A stretch of DNA of 64,000 bases from positions 25,854,001-25,918,000 of the forward strand of contig OZ024759.1 in the NCBI GenBank assembly GCA_964016885.1. Reading direction: 5' to 3'. Numbering within the stretch: the stretch's first letter is position 1; each line of letters begins with the position of its first letter. Positions 44,440 to 58,875 of this stretch are shown here, one piece after another. A model generated the notes under the pieces. The model worked only from the letters and a program-made list of their open reading frames with translations. It made no database searches and had not been told where the DNA came from. The DNA comes from Eledone cirrhosa (Eukaryota). The position numbers were made by a program, and so were the translations under genes.

Positions 44440-45879
44440 TTGTCGATAGTAAATTTATATATTAACCAGGATTTTATAATAAAAGTAAGTGAAGTAAATA
44501 TATTAGTGGAGGAGGAGGAGGAGGTTAAGTTGGAGATGAGGAAGAGGAGAAAAGTGAGGATGGCGAAAAAGGAGAGGAGAAAGTGGAGTTTAGGAAGAGG
44601 AGAAGTGAAGATGATGGTTTGTGAGAATCTTTAAATACTGGATGTAATTGGAAAAGCATACGTTTTTTCATAGACTCATATACTTATGTACACTTATATA
44701 CAGAGTATGTACATACATACATATATACATATTAGCATTTTTGCATGAATACATACATGTACACTTACATGAATTCATACATACAAGTATGGTGGCTGCA
44801 ACTCGATTTTGAGTAATGCCATCGCTTGTAACTGAAGCATGAGCATCACGGATTTGGCTTTTTAGTCTTGCAGGGACTTGCCTATGACCAGCAATACCAT
44901 GAATCGCAACAAATGTCACATATCAAGCGATGCCAGTGCTTGAAGCTTTTTTAAGTGAAGAAAGGCTTTGCACGGGGCCAATCTCACTCTCTATACATTG
45001 AATGTATTTACCCAAAAAGTAGAAGTGGTGCACATCATTGGATGTAAACGAAGTCGCAAATGTTATATCAAAGTGATCTTCTAGAGAGATGTCTTAATGA
45101 AGACCTGGAGTCTCTCGCTCCACAAAAAAAACTTTATTAGATGGCTGTTGATTCCCCTGAGTTCCCCAGCCTTTTAACGAGTTTTGATTCTTCCTCTATA
45201 ATTCTTTCTCACTTCCTCTATGTCCCTTTCTATCCTTTTCTGGATGAAATCTGCTGTACTCAGGCCTGGAAAGGGATGGGCTCCACCATGCTTTATATAA
45301 AATGCTCAAGAAATGCCGTATGTGAATACAGTACTCCTACGACTCCATCGGGAGTAATGAAGCCACGCCAAGCTTATGATCGTGATGCGAACTTTCTAAC
45401 TCCTACTACCCCATTGACCTTGGTTGCTTAACAACAATAAAGTATTACTTCCTCCTCCCCAGCCCCCTAGATAAATAGCAGTCAATTAGTGTGATTGAGT
45501 CTAATCGATCTGATCCCCACTATATCCAATATTTATAGGTATTCTATCGATGTTTAGAAACCAAAATATATTTCTTTATCTATTAGAGTTCCATTTCAAA
45601 GTTCCTTTGTAATTAAGCTTAATACTTCTTAGCTAATTTAAAATTATTACATTAATAATTCTAATACTTAATATTACTTAGTGTTATTTAATACCTTTTT
45701 GTAATAATAATAATAATAATAATGATAACAATAACAATAATAATGATTTCTTTATTAACCACAGAGGGTTTACAAAAATACAATAATAATAACAGCAGTA
45801 TTAATTTAATGCATCTTAGTTTTTCACATTATATTTAGGAATGTAAATCTATATGGTTTTCGAAAGACCAATGAAATTT

Positions 45880-46320
45880 CAGTTAAATGAAGTTTTGTAA
45901 AAACCGACTATAAAATGCTAAAATCTTTCAACCTTTAGCAATATTTAATAACAAATATATTTAAATTGATACTTTAAAATATAAAATGAATAATAACAAA
46001 TTAATAATAAAGAAAATAAGAATTTAAAAAAAATGTTTAGTGACTTCCCCAAAGTGAATATTGGGATTATTAAAAATATCAAGGTAGCTACTAAAATATT
46101 TGAGAAGTTAATCTTTGAAGATAAAGTAAATTTGGTTCCAGTACACCAAAATCCTACACAGAAATCCTTCAAAATCAATTAAAGAACGTCTTAAAAGAAA
46201 TTATAGTTTTAATTTCGGGAAGGATAAAATGCTGAAAACTAAAACCAATACAAAATATTAGGATAACGATTTAGATTGATAAAAATATCAAAACTACATT
46301 AAGTACTATTTTAAAAGCTA
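45880..46320 (+). pseudogene. Possible very degraded Penelope-like ORF region N-terminal to the RT
   Basis: Fragments FVKTD, KVATKIFEKLIFEDKVN, LKE, KC*KLKP and KISKLH fall in the order of PLE motifs (VKADK...LKDHK.NF...CRLINP...G.ISK). Many stops and frameshifts. Confidence 0.3.
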
Positions 46321-46364
46321 TGAGGTTCTTAATACATATTGATTATTTTCAATTAAGAAAATAT

Positions 46365-46395
<31 letters not shown>

Positions 46396-47037
46396 TTTGT
46401 TTATTTATTTATTTAGGCAATTATTTATTTCTGTAGATTTTTGTTTGTTGTTGTTGTTGAACTATTGAAATACCAATGAGTTTTCAGTAATAATCAAGAA
46501 ATGGTGTTTTCTAGGCATTTTCTAGAAAATTTAAAATATCTAAAAATATAAATGTATTAAGGTATTCGATTGGTACATTTGTTAAAACGTCAGAGAAATA
46601 ATTTGGAGACAAAGGCGGAGGGTAAGTTAGTTGGGTTGGAGGATACTCGTTCAGACGTCACATATATACACACATAGATAAACATATTACATCTATTTAT
46701 AAATACAAATAGAGATTTGTTCCCTGATTGTGGCGAGTGAGAAAAAGAATTCAGTTAACCTCTGATCACAAAATTTGTGGTATTTGTTTCGGTTCGTTGC
46801 GTTGTGAATTCGAATCCTGCACCTTTACAGTTCAACTTTGTTTTTCATCCTTCCAGAAGTGTTGATCGTTCCAATCAAATATAAAATACCAAGCTCTTGT
46901 TTATTCAGTTTGCTCAATGCCTTATATTATGGTTGGTTAAGACAGGATCGATGCAAAAACCTGCCATATATTTTAGTCTTTACATTTATTATTATTATTA
47001 TTATTACTATATATATATATATATATTGTTATGCTTT

Positions 47038-47612
47038 CAGTGTCTGTCCTTAGGGCATCAACATACGTTAACCTTGGTCTTTCTCTTCCAGTGTGTCCAT
47101 CTAGGGACTCCCACAGGAACACTGAGTGCAATGTCAACTCTGGATGTCGGTAATCATGTCCAGCTACCTCCGTCTCCTCTGTGTCACTTTTGAGCTGACT
47201 TTTGGGAGGCTCCGATACAGCTCTGAGTATTTCATCCTCAGTGTATACTGATTAATGTTCAGAGCCATCCTCAGCATTATCGTGTAGCACCCATCCACCA
47301 TCTGAGTGAGGTTTCTTGGTCAGTGTCCAAGTCTCAGACCCGTACAGCAGCACAGACTCCACTACAACAATGAAGAGGCGGATTTTCAGATCTTTACGAA
47401 AGTCCGACTTACACACCGATCTCAAGCAGTGGCACACCGCCCAGGCTTTGCTCTTCCTCTCATGGAAGAGGAAGACCAAGGTTAACGTATGTTGATACTC
47501 TAAGGACAGACGCTGGTCTGTTGGAGACGCAGGACATGGCAGCGATAATGAGGGACAGAGATCGCTGGAGAGAACTCGTCCATGGATCTCGGGAATTTTA
47601 CCGACCCTAGAA
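47038..47612. mobile_element. RTE-clade LINE 3' fragment with an inverted 5' segment
   Basis: Minus strand 47460->47040 encodes [26 protein letters not shown]...[13 protein letters not shown]. Plus strand 47461-47610 encodes [17 protein letters not shown]...DRDRWRELV...RP*. Confidence 0.85.
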
Positions 47613-47825
47613 AAATATATATATGTATATATATATACATATATATGTATATATATATCTATATATATGTATGTATATATATATATATATATGTATTTAT
47701 ATATATATGTATATATATATATATATGTAAATATATATATATGTATGTATATATATATATGTATGTATATATATATGTATATATATATATGTATATATAT
47801 ATATATGTATATATATATATGTATG

Positions 47826-47858
<33 letters not shown>

Positions 47859-47893
47859 GTATATATATATATATGTATGTATATATATATATG

Positions 47894-47924
<31 letters not shown>

Positions 47925-49102
47925 TCATATGTATATACATTTCTACAATATGGCTGACTGAATACAGACCTGTTTTTTCTCAAAATTCTCATTCTCATGT
48001 CCAAAACGTAAAGACTCTTTTCCTACTATATCAAGCGTTAAACTAATACAATTTGTCATTAAACTGTGTTGTTTGCTTTATTTCCGTTTACGTTTTGTAT
48101 ATATATATATATATATATACATGGATTACTACTATTATGCTGAACACATTTTAATGTCTTCAGTGGTATATGATCTCTATTCTCTTAGTGTGATGTGTAA
48201 TTATATATTTTCCACCGGCTATAATGTGAAATTTCCAAAGCTTTTGATGTTTCAGTTATTGTCCTGATTTTATTTTAAAACAATCTTGCTTAGAATTCTT
48301 TCTATATACATTGCAGAAAGAGTAGAACTACTGTGTATACCTAGCTTTAAATTTCAAGCCCGTTGTTCCAATGTAGTTGTAATCAGTGCATTCCATTTAC
48401 ACTAAATAGATGATGACGATGGGACTGATGATGGTAAATGTGACGGTTATGATGGCACTTGACATATTCGTACGTATAATTCTGGTGTTAGCAATGGTGT
48501 GTTGTAAATGTTTCAATATCTAGAGAGGGAATTAAAAGAATCCAAGAGACAGATTGAAAGATAAATAACTGGAATGATTTGTAGAGTGTTAAGTACATTC
48601 ATCAATAAATAGATAGATTGAGAAATGGACGGATTGGCAGATCAATGGATGGATAAATAGGGAAAGGAAGTTAGATCGGTAGTCTGATGAATATTTCGAC
48701 AGGTATGATTCTAGAAAGAATGATACAGGTAGATAAATATAAATAGATAGACATAGATAGATATATGTAAATAGATAGACCTAAATAGATATATGTAAAT
48801 AGATAGACCTAAATAGATAGACCTAAATAGATAGACATAAATAGATAGACATAGATAGATAGATACAATTAGATAGACATAGATAGATGTAAGGTAGACA
48901 AATAGATAGACAGACAGGTTTGTAGATAGATAGGATTTTATGAAAAATGAAAACTAATAAAGGATAGGTGAGAGCCATTTCTCTTTCGTATTTTTTCCAA
49001 ATTAGTTGTCGGTTTGCTTTAGGCTGATCTTTCGCTCCCACTCCATTCTTTACTTTCTTCATTCTTTCATCTTCTCCCTTCTCAATCTCTCTCTCTCTCC
49101 CT

Positions 49103-49208
<106 letters not shown>

Positions 49209-49503
49209 GCTTCTATTTCATCCCATCACATGTTTTCTCTCCATGTCTCTCTTGTAACACCCCCACCACCACCACACCAGGCCATTCTCACACTTCTCGA
49301 TTTTGTCTGTCATATTTCACACATACACACACACACACTCTCTCTCTCTTCGCACACACACACTCTCTCTCTCTCTCTCGCACACACACACACATGCGTG
49401 CATGTATGTATATGAATATATGAATATATACATAAACACCTACATATATATATATACATATATATATATATGTATATATATATGCATATATATATATATA
49501 TGC

Positions 49504-49534
<31 letters not shown>

Positions 49535-49569
49535 CATATTTATATATATATATGCATATATATATATAC

Positions 49570-49615
<46 letters not shown>

Positions 49616-49616
49616 G

Positions 49617-49663
<47 letters not shown>

Positions 49664-49809
49664 GTATATATATATAATTATATCACATGTGCCTACATAT
49701 GGTGAGTAATATTTGTAGTCAAATTAAAGAAAGTCGTGAAAATGTGGAAACAACATAAAATATGAAAGACGTCGTTGGAGAGATGAAGAAAGACAGATGG
49801 TTGTACTGA

Positions 49810-50365
49810 ACAAGTGGGAGAGAGGGATAGGTAGATAGTGAGAGAGGGGGAGAGAGGGGAGGAGTGGGAAGAGCCTTAATGAGAGAGTAAGAAATCGAAA
49901 GAATCTGGGAATGAAAGAAGTAGAGAGAGAGAGTGAGAGAGAGGGGGTGGAAGGAAATGCGGAAAGAGAGGGGAGGAACGAGCGAGAGAGAGAGAAAAGG
50001 AGGGGTAGAGACAGAGGGGCTAGAGGGTGAGAGAGATGGAGAGAAATGAGTGAGAGAGAGAGAAAGCGAGAGCGGGAAAGAGAGAGAGAGAGGGTGAGAG
50101 ATAGAGAGAAAGGTGAATGAGAGAGAGATTGAGAGAGAGAGAGGGGCGGTGAGGAGAGAGAGATTAATAAACGAAGAAATTAGGAAAAGATAGCAGGAAA
50201 GATGTATAGAAAGACGATAAAGATAAAAGACAGTGTTGGTGAGTGGCAGGTCAGGAGGTAGTGGTGTGAGTGAGATACAGAGAGATGGAGGGAGGGAAAG
50301 AGGGGACAGAGAGAATGAGATATTAAGAAAGTGAGAGTGAATGAAGGGTGAGAGAGAGGGTGAGA
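49810..50365. repeat. Purine-rich (GA)n low-complexity region
   Basis: Direct reading. Confidence 0.85.
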
Positions 50366-51229
50366 GATCAGTGTTGCGCACCGTTGCATACAAACGACGC
50401 TTGGTGTGTAGCTGGAAGGTAAAAAGGAATAAACAAAATGGTGGAAATATCAATTGTAAATGAAGCGATTACCGATCGCAAGCAACTATTGCTGGCGGCC
50501 ATATTTAAATGTTTCTTGTGTTCTTTATGTGTGTGCATGGGAGGACGAGAACGAGATTGGGACGATGGAGAAAGAGAGAGAAAGAAAGGAAGAAAGTGGA
50601 TGAACGACGGACTTACATGTACACACACATATGTATATATATATATATATGTATGTATCTCTCTCTCTATATATATCTATATATTTACGTGTATGTATAC
50701 ACGTACTCATATTTATATATATGTATATATGTATGAGTATGTTTACACATATGCATATATATATATATGCATTCGTAATCTCACAGTAAATTTCTAGTTA
50801 ATTTTCGGAAATCCTTTGACTTTGTCTTTTGATAAAAGTTAGTGAAGGGTGAGAATGTTGTAAGCAGGGGGGTAGGTAGATGGGTGGCGATGTATGTTGG
50901 GGTGGTGTTAAGGGTGATAGTGATGGGATAGTTAAGAAGGAAGGAAAGAAGGAAAGAGATTTCTTTCTTTATAGCTTTATCTATTTTATATATATTTCTA
51001 AGTGGTGATTAAATGAAACGTTGCTTTACAATATAACGGACACACTGTACAATTTAGCGGCCAGGGCCAACATACTTAATAGGTTCCGTATTTGGTGGAG
51101 TGGTTTGGCAGGGCTGCGTTAGTGGGGTTGTTTTGTGGATGGGTTGGTTGTTGATGGTGGTTAAAGTGGAGTGGTTAGTGGTTAGTGGTGTATACCGCTC
51201 CTGCTAAGTGTTTATATTAATGCTAGCTA

Positions 51230-51800
51230 AGGTATTGATGGTGTTGATGGTGAGAATGATGGTAGTGTTAGTGGAGATGTGAGTGTGGTGATGTAATGTT
51301 GGTGATGAAGGAGATTTTGGTGGTATGTCAGTAGTGATGTTGTTGTGGTGGTAGTGGTGATTGTGGTGATGGTAGTGGAGGTTGTGTTGTTGGTAGTGGT
51401 GGTTGTGTTAATGGTAGTGGTGATTGTGTTAATGGTAGTGGAGGTTGTGTTGATGGTAGTGGTGTTTGTGTTAATGGTAGTGGTGATTGTGTTAATGGTA
51501 GTGGAGGTTGTGTTGATGGTAGTGGTGGTTGTGTTAATGGTAGTGGTGATGGTAGTGTTGATGGTAGTGGTGGTTGTGTTAATGGTAGTGGTGATTGTGG
51601 TGATGGTATAGGTGGCTGTGATGATGGTAGTGATTGTTGTGGGGGTAGTAGTAATGGTGGTTATATTTTCATTGTTCTTGTTGCTATTGGAGTTTGTGGT
51701 TTTAGTTAATGTAACAGAAGCAGAGTTGATAGTAATGTGTTGATAGTTACAGTAGTGGTGGTAGTAGTGGTAATGGTAGTAGTGTTGTTGAGGTAGCAGT
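51230..51800. repeat. ~21-bp minisatellite (atggtagtgg(a/t)g(g/a)ttgtgtt(a/g)) within a GGT-rich region
   Basis: Repeated 21-nt units at ~51345-51610. Confidence 0.8.
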
Positions 51801-52098
51801 GGTGATCAACGGTTATTAAAAGAAATAGTAATCATAATGGGTGTGTTGGAGTTGGGGTTGGTTTTTTTTTTTTGAGGTTAGGGCTGGTGTTTGTAGTTGC
51901 GGTTGTGGTTGTTGTTATTGTTGTTGGTGCTGTGGTTGTGGTCAGTTGCTGTGTTAAAAGGGTGAACAAGACGGAATATTTGGCTGCGAGGTGAAGCGGA
52001 AAAAAACCTTACTTGAAGAAATGGTATTGAGTAGAGAGGGACGATGAGGTGAGGTGGGAATGACATACAGAGGAAGAGGGAATGTGTATATGTATTTC

Positions 52099-52125
<27 letters not shown>

Positions 52126-52133
<8 letters not shown>

Positions 52134-52170
52134 ATACTTTGGGAGGGTCATGTTGCCAAATTCAGAAACG
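52126..52170. repeat. Rearranged fragment of the 61.2-kb palindromic element, in (TA)n
   Basis: atattgttatactttgggagggtcatgttgcca (as at 61242-) joined to caaattcagaaacg (reverse complement of ~61188-61201). Confidence 0.75.
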
Positions 52171-52282
52171 ATATATATATATACAGATTCATATATACAT
52201 ATATATCGTTTTATATGCGTTTTATGAGCTGTATGAACCTCGTAAAGTTTATCTATATCTACCTGCATATTTATTTTCTCTT

Positions 52283-52393
<111 letters not shown>

Positions 52394-52434
52394 CTCTATC
52401 TATCTATCTCTCTATCTATCTATCTCTCTCTCTA

Positions 52435-52465
<31 letters not shown>

Positions 52466-52526
52466 ATATCTATCTATCTATCTATCTATATATATATATA
52501 TATTTGTTTGTTTGTCCATCTGCCTG

Positions 52527-52565
<39 letters not shown>

Positions 52566-52798
52566 ATATATATATATATAGTGAGGAAAAGGGTGGATGC
52601 GGAGAGATTGATTGATACGTTAATGTACGGGTGGATAGTTCAGATTATAAATCGATACATAGACGGATTAGAAGGTTAGACATATACATACATACACACA
52701 CACACACCATAAATATACATATGTATGTATATATGTATGCATATATATATATGTGTGTATATATCTATCTATATATATATATGTGTGTATGCGTGTGA

Positions 52799-52855
<57 letters not shown>

Positions 52856-52981
52856 CGTGTTTTAAAATAAGGTATAAATATTTCTAATATAAAGGCGATA
52901 GTTGTGAGAAGGAGAAGATGGGGAAATCTGAAGATTTGGAGAGACAACAGATTAAAGTGGGTGAGAGTATATATACATACG

Positions 52982-53019
<38 letters not shown>

Positions 53020-53029
53020 GAGATTGTAA

Positions 53030-53750
53030 AAGTGGTGCTGGTAGAAATGTGGGTGTGAAGGTGGTGGTGGTAGTGATGGAGATGTGGATGTGAAGGTGGT
53101 GTTGGTGGAGGTGGTGTTGGTGGAGATGTGGATGTGAAGGTGGTGGTGGTGGTAGTGATGGAGATGTGGAGGTGAATGTGTTGGTTGTGGTGGTGGTGGT
53201 GGTGTGGTGGTGGTGGTGGTGTGGTGGTGGTGGTGGTGGTAGCGTTGCCAAATTTCACCATGAAGAGGTTTTATTGTCGGTATCTGTTTGTGCAAATGTG
53301 GTCGATAATACTTCACAGTGTTTCACCTCCGGCTATGGAGGTGTCATGTAGTGGTAGAGTAGGTGTGGTGGTCTGATGGTGAGCTGGTGTGGTTGTTGAG
53401 GTTGGTGTGTGGTGGTGTGTTGCTCTGATGGTCTGATGATGTGCTGGTGTGGTTGGTGTAGTGGTATAGTTGTTTGGTGCTATGGTTGGTGTAGTGGTGT
53501 GGTGTAGGGTGTAGTTGTGTCGTGCTGTCGTCGGTGTAGTGGTGTGGTTGCTGAGGTTGGTGTGGTGGTGTGGAAATATAGTTTTGTGGTTGGTGGGGTT
53601 GGTCTAGTGGTGTAGCTGTTTGGTGCTGTCGTTGGTGTAGCGGTGTAGATGTTTAGTTGTATGGTTGTTGGGGTTGTTGTGGGGGTGTGGTGTGGTGTGG
53701 TGTGGTCGTGTTTGTAGTAGTGGTGAGTTTGATTATGATGGTGGGGTGTG
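53030..53750. repeat. (GGT)/(GGTGT)-rich degenerate repeats
   Basis: Direct reading. Confidence 0.8.
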
Positions 53751-53895
53751 TAGGGAAGGTGCTGCTTTGATGCATTGATGTAGTGAAATGAATGAACACA
53801 GACACACATATACACACACATATACACACACACATACACACGCACACATCCACTGCCACAATAACCATCAACACCATCACCAACCTGAACAACAT

Positions 53896-54074
53896 TTGGC
53901 AGTATCGGTAGAGGGTCGGACGCCATGCTTTCCAGCATAGTTACGTCCCTTTACGATCTGAGTTCAGATCCCGCCGAGGTTGACTTTGCCTTTCATCCTT
54001 ACGGGGTCGATAAAATAAAGTACCAGTAATGCACTGGGTAATTGCTGGCCTTGTGCCTAAAGTAGAAACAATTA
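53896..54074 (+). mobile_element. tRNA-derived SINE (family A), full length
   Basis: Complete head, B-box-like gagttcagatccc, body and tail. Confidence 0.92.
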
Positions 54075-54602
54075 CTATTAACCACCCCAACAACATACCA
54101 CCAATGTTAATACCAGCACCACCACCACCACCGCCGCCGCCATTAACACCACCACCAGCATGATCACCACTAACATCAACACTAACACCACCAACAACAA
54201 CATTAACATCACCACGAATACCACCACCAACATTAACAGCCACACCACCACCACCACCACCAGCAACTGTTATGATCAATATCATTCTTCTTCTTCTTCT
54301 TCTTCGCCACCACCACCATCACCATCATCATCATTATCATCATCGTCATCATCATCATCATAAATACTATTATTATCATTACACGTGCTAGATAAATAAA
54401 TCACCTGAGAATTGTCCACATCATACCTGCGAAAATCTTACCTTTAAATAGCAAACCTTATCTAGTTAACTATTTAACATTTTTCAAAGAAAAGACTAAC
54501 CTTAAAATGAAGCTAAATATAACAAAAACTATTAAATAAATCAATAATAAATTAAATAATAAATATATAAATAAATCTCTATATAAATTTGAGCGACTTC
54601 TA

Positions 54603-54634
<32 letters not shown>

Positions 54635-54652
54635 GAAATGAGTGACAGATAT

Positions 54653-54813
54653 AGAGGAAGAATCGACCTCAGTACTAAACTGGTACTTTTTTTTATTGAC
54701 ATTGAAAGGATGAAAGGCAAAGTTGAGCTAGGTGGGATTTGAACTCAGAGAGCCGGAATGAATATAATAAAGCATTATATCCGACGTTCTAACGACTTTG
54801 CCAATTCGCTGCC
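54653..54813 (-). mobile_element. Diverged family-A-related SINE
   Basis: tggtacttt...aaggatgaaaggcaaag...gggatttgaactcag...tccgacg...tgccaa. Confidence 0.8.
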
Positions 54814-55618
54814 TAAAATATAATAAATTACTAAAAACAAAAAAACAAAAATTTCAAATTATAAATTATTAAAAAAATATTTTGAATAAATGAAATAAAG
54901 GAAGACAAGAATTTAAATCTGGAAATTCAATATGGCAGGTGTCAAGTTTTTAAAAACTTTTTTTCTTTAAGAAAAATAGAAAAATATACTCGAAAATATA
55001 ATATATAAATAGTAAAAATAAATAATTAAATATAAAAGATAATATAATATGTAAATAATATATGTAAATATATAATAAATGAATAGCTAAAGATAGTATA
55101 TAAATATAAAATTAATAAATAAATATAGAAATATATATAATATATGAATAGATAAAAATAATATATAAATATATAAATATATAAATACATGATATAAGAA
55201 TAAAAGAATAAATAAAATAATTCGTATACATAAATACACATAAATATATACTATACCGCTAATCATTTTAAATAGGTGAAATTATTTTGATAGTTTATAA
55301 TTAATAATAAAAACAAGAAGCTTAGGAACAATCTTTGCATCTAAATACACCGGTATTAACACATATTTAATGTTATTTGATGATATCTAGCGTTTATCTT
55401 TTGATTTTTGAAGTGTAAAAAAAATAAAATATATTTTTTTTAAATGGAGGATAGCTTCGAAGATAAATACGAACCTCTAACGACATTCCAAAAATATTCG
55501 GCAGATATTTTCGTGTTGTCTATATTAAGCACCTTATTATTTCTCCTTTTTATTTTCGTTTTCGCTTTACGTATATTATTTATATGTACACATACACACA
55601 CTCACACACACACATATA

Positions 55619-55649
<31 letters not shown>

Positions 55650-55854
55650 GTATTAATTATACTATTTATGGTTATGTAAATACAAAAACCTTTTGCAGTT
55701 ATATGTATTTTTTATATACAAACCCTAAATAGTGGTAGGCAGTAATGTATTACTACCTTATTACCAGTAAGCTAAGTAGCTCAATGTAAAAACATCAGAT
55801 GATTTACAGAGCAGTTATATGAAATATAAGAATCAAAGAACTGTTCAAAACATT

Positions 55855-55908
55855 ATTGTGCTTACAGCTGTTTCCTCCAAACCGAGGTTTGGATTCTTCG
55901 GAGCAATT
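55855..55908 (-). ncRNA. Minimal type I hammerhead-like motif with palindromic loop III (U4->C core variant)
   Basis: ttgct CCGAAGA a-tccaaac-ctcg-gtttgga-g GAAA C-AGCT-G TA agca. Confidence 0.6.
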
Positions 55909-55976
55909 TATTAATGAATGGACAGTTATATGACCTTTTCAGCCAATTATATATTTCATATATTTCATATTTCATA

Positions 55977-56070
<94 letters not shown>

Positions 56071-56090
56071 TAAGAATATATATTCATATA

Positions 56091-56130
<40 letters not shown>

Positions 56131-56275
56131 GAGAGGGGGGTGTAAAAACCCAACCGCGGCGGCTAGCGAGTACTTGTCGGTGTCGGCATCGCAGAATTTA
56201 AATGTATATAGATAGATATATGCTATTAGTTCAGATTAGAATTTAAGCAAAGAATTGCTACTTTCATCCTATTAC

Positions 56276-56349
<74 letters not shown>

Positions 56350-56700
56350 GTCATGCCAGGTAATTTAACATGTCTTCTTCTTGAGCTATTCCTATTTCCA
56401 ATGTGAAGCATTCATTTTGCTTTTTCTAATGGCTACAATATATGAAGTTCACTACACCTGCAAACACATATACTCATTGGTTTCTCAGCTAACTGGAACA
56501 GTTTTGTCAACTCATTGTCGAATTAATAGTCGATCATCTGTGAAGCCACTAGTGTTTACGACATCTAGGTCGTCTAAGTGAACTGATGATCGTCACATGA
56601 GCTACTGCTTACTGTGAGACAAGCAAAATGTTTATCGAGGTTTGCTCCACGAGATCTGATCTGTTCTGCTTAACTATTCTATGATAACCATATCAAAGGC
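56350..56700 (-). pseudogene. Degraded CR1/L2-type reverse transcriptase fragment
   Basis: Minus-strand motifs in the expected order: LDDLD...GFTDD (FADD-like)...MLHIGNRN (KC..LHIG..N-like). Confidence 0.4.
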
Positions 56701-57307
56701 ACCTCCAGTTGGATGTAGTGATTCACAATACAGGACTTATTTGTGGATTTTCTTTCCTTTAAGTCTCTGAAAATGGCTTGGGTACATTCTGGTAGAGGTA
56801 CCCTCCGGCGTTCAGAATATTTTCTAAATATGAACGTACTCTGGATATCGATTTAAATTAAGCGTTTGTCCAATTGAGTTCAAACATACTTCATGTCGGT
56901 TGCCTGTCTGGCGATAGACGTCTCTTTTCGTGTAAAATCACAATTTATGTTACAAAGTTTCCCCAGAAAAGTTTCATTAATTTCACGAAAAGCCAACAAA
57001 TTTCATGCTACCACAGCAAAATATATTAAATAAGTTTGTTACGCGTTAATTATAGACATAAACAACACGTTTCAAATTGATAATATTATTACTAATTAAT
57101 ACAAGATTCCATCTATCTTAAATTAGTGCTCTAAGCATAAAGACCATCGCTGGATTTAGTAACTATGTATGAATGTATGCATGTATCTAGGTATGTATGT
57201 ATCTATATATATATATATATATAGGTTTGCAAAGATGTGGTAGGTTAAATTTAAAGTAGTTTAACAGACAGGAAAACAAAATTAAAAAAATTATAACAAA
57301 CACACAC

Positions 57308-57372
<65 letters not shown>

Positions 57373-57588
57373 TATACGCTTAACCACGCATATCACTTTT
57401 ATCAAAATAAAAAAATATTTAGGATTTAAATTATCTTATATATATAAATCTCTCTCTTAATTCCGGATTTCATAAATCGCCGGATCATTTGATGATAATG
57501 AGAAGTATTCTGTGAAGTTATTAACTTGACTACTTCCTTTCATTAATGAACACTTAACAGGGATATGGGATTTACAGCAGGATCTAAC

Positions 57589-57900
57589 GAGATAGGCCTA
57601 CATCTGGTTGTATTAGGTGTTATATATAACAGCTAATACCACCTTGAAAGTGAGACGAGCTTTTACCTGGAGGGGCAGCCTGTTAGACAAAACAATCACA
57701 CCACCTTCAGAATGAGACAGGCTTATACTTGGTTGTATCGCGTGTTAGACATAATAGCCAATAACACCCTCAAATGAGACAGGCCTAAACCTGGTGGTGC
57801 AGCCTGTTAGACATAACATCCAACACCACACTCAAAATAAGGCAGGTCTACACATGAGTGTTTAGTCTGATAGAAAGAGTAGCCAACACAAACCTCAAAT
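57589..57900. repeat. Five-unit ~62-bp minisatellite
   Basis: Units begin gaga(c/t)agg and end ...caaat; internal tgttagac...acc is conserved. Confidence 0.85.
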
Positions 57901-58230
57901 GTTATCCTACCGCCTTAAAGACAAGTACCAACAACAACAACAACAACAATAACAACAACACCAACAGTCTCTAATGAAGATATTGCAACAAAAGCCTCGT
58001 CAAATATCACCCTACCATCTTAAATGAATAACGGAACCAACAGTAACTACAACAACAGCAACATGTCAACAGAAGAACGAATAGCAAAATAGATTTCCGC
58101 TGAATTTGAACTAAAATAATAGACGTTAAGGGCGGAAACACCTGCTTGAGGGGGTTTTCTTCTCTGAAGATCTTCTGCTGCCCAGCTCTCCTGAGAGTTT
58201 CTTATCACAGATATCAACCGCCTTTCATTT

Positions 58231-58454
58231 GTAAAATGGGGGTATTTAAAGGATGGGGACGTTGTGTGTGACTGCGGGCATCGAACCACAGACTGTGTAG
58301 CACTTCTTGATATGCCCCCCTACTGGAACACTCCTGCTCAGCATTGGACTTGGCAGAGTTTAATGAGAAAGGATAGCAGTGTGTTCAGCTGTGGCGGAAC
58401 CATATCTAGCCAAGCTTTGTAACTGACACTCTTGTGGACATGACAAGAAGAAGA
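58231..58454 (+). mobile_element. LINE 3' end (Ingi/Vingi-like) with CxC...H..C zinc knuckle and (GAA)n tail
   Basis: KWGYLKDGDVVCDCG, then across frameshifts EPQTV*HFLICP...DLAEFN...W; ends gacaagaagaaga. Confidence 0.6.
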
Positions 58455-58836
58455 TTCTTATGAGGTCGATGAAGTAAATTACCAGTCGTGTACTAAGGTC
58501 GATTTAAGCGACTTTCCCCTTCCCCTCAAATTTGCGGACCTTGTGCCTAAATTAAAAATTAATCCTTTATAAAATCGAAACAATTCTATTCGACTCGTCA
58601 AGTAATCCAATCTGATAAAGCAGACATTGTATGGTGTAATAAACCCCAACAGTTTACTGGTACTACGGTCACGTGATAGCTGAATTTCTGGTAAAGTCAG
58701 GATCTGAATCCCAGGGGATTATACCAGCTTCTCAGAAATACTCATCTTATGCATTCACACATACACTGGTCACGTGATAGATTATACACATCCTGATCAC
58801 GTGGTGGATTGTTTCTTCAAACACTGATCTTACACA

Positions 58837-58875
<39 letters not shown>

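Noticed and set aside
44780-45431. Non-repetitive, higher-GC block with 83-aa and 96-aa ORFs
   Set aside because: No recognisable motif or clear splice pair; may be an old TE fragment and needs BLASTx.
53896-53975. tRNA genes at SINE heads
   Set aside because: A/B-box-like motifs are present, but each continues into a shared SINE body and no complete cloverleaf is evident.
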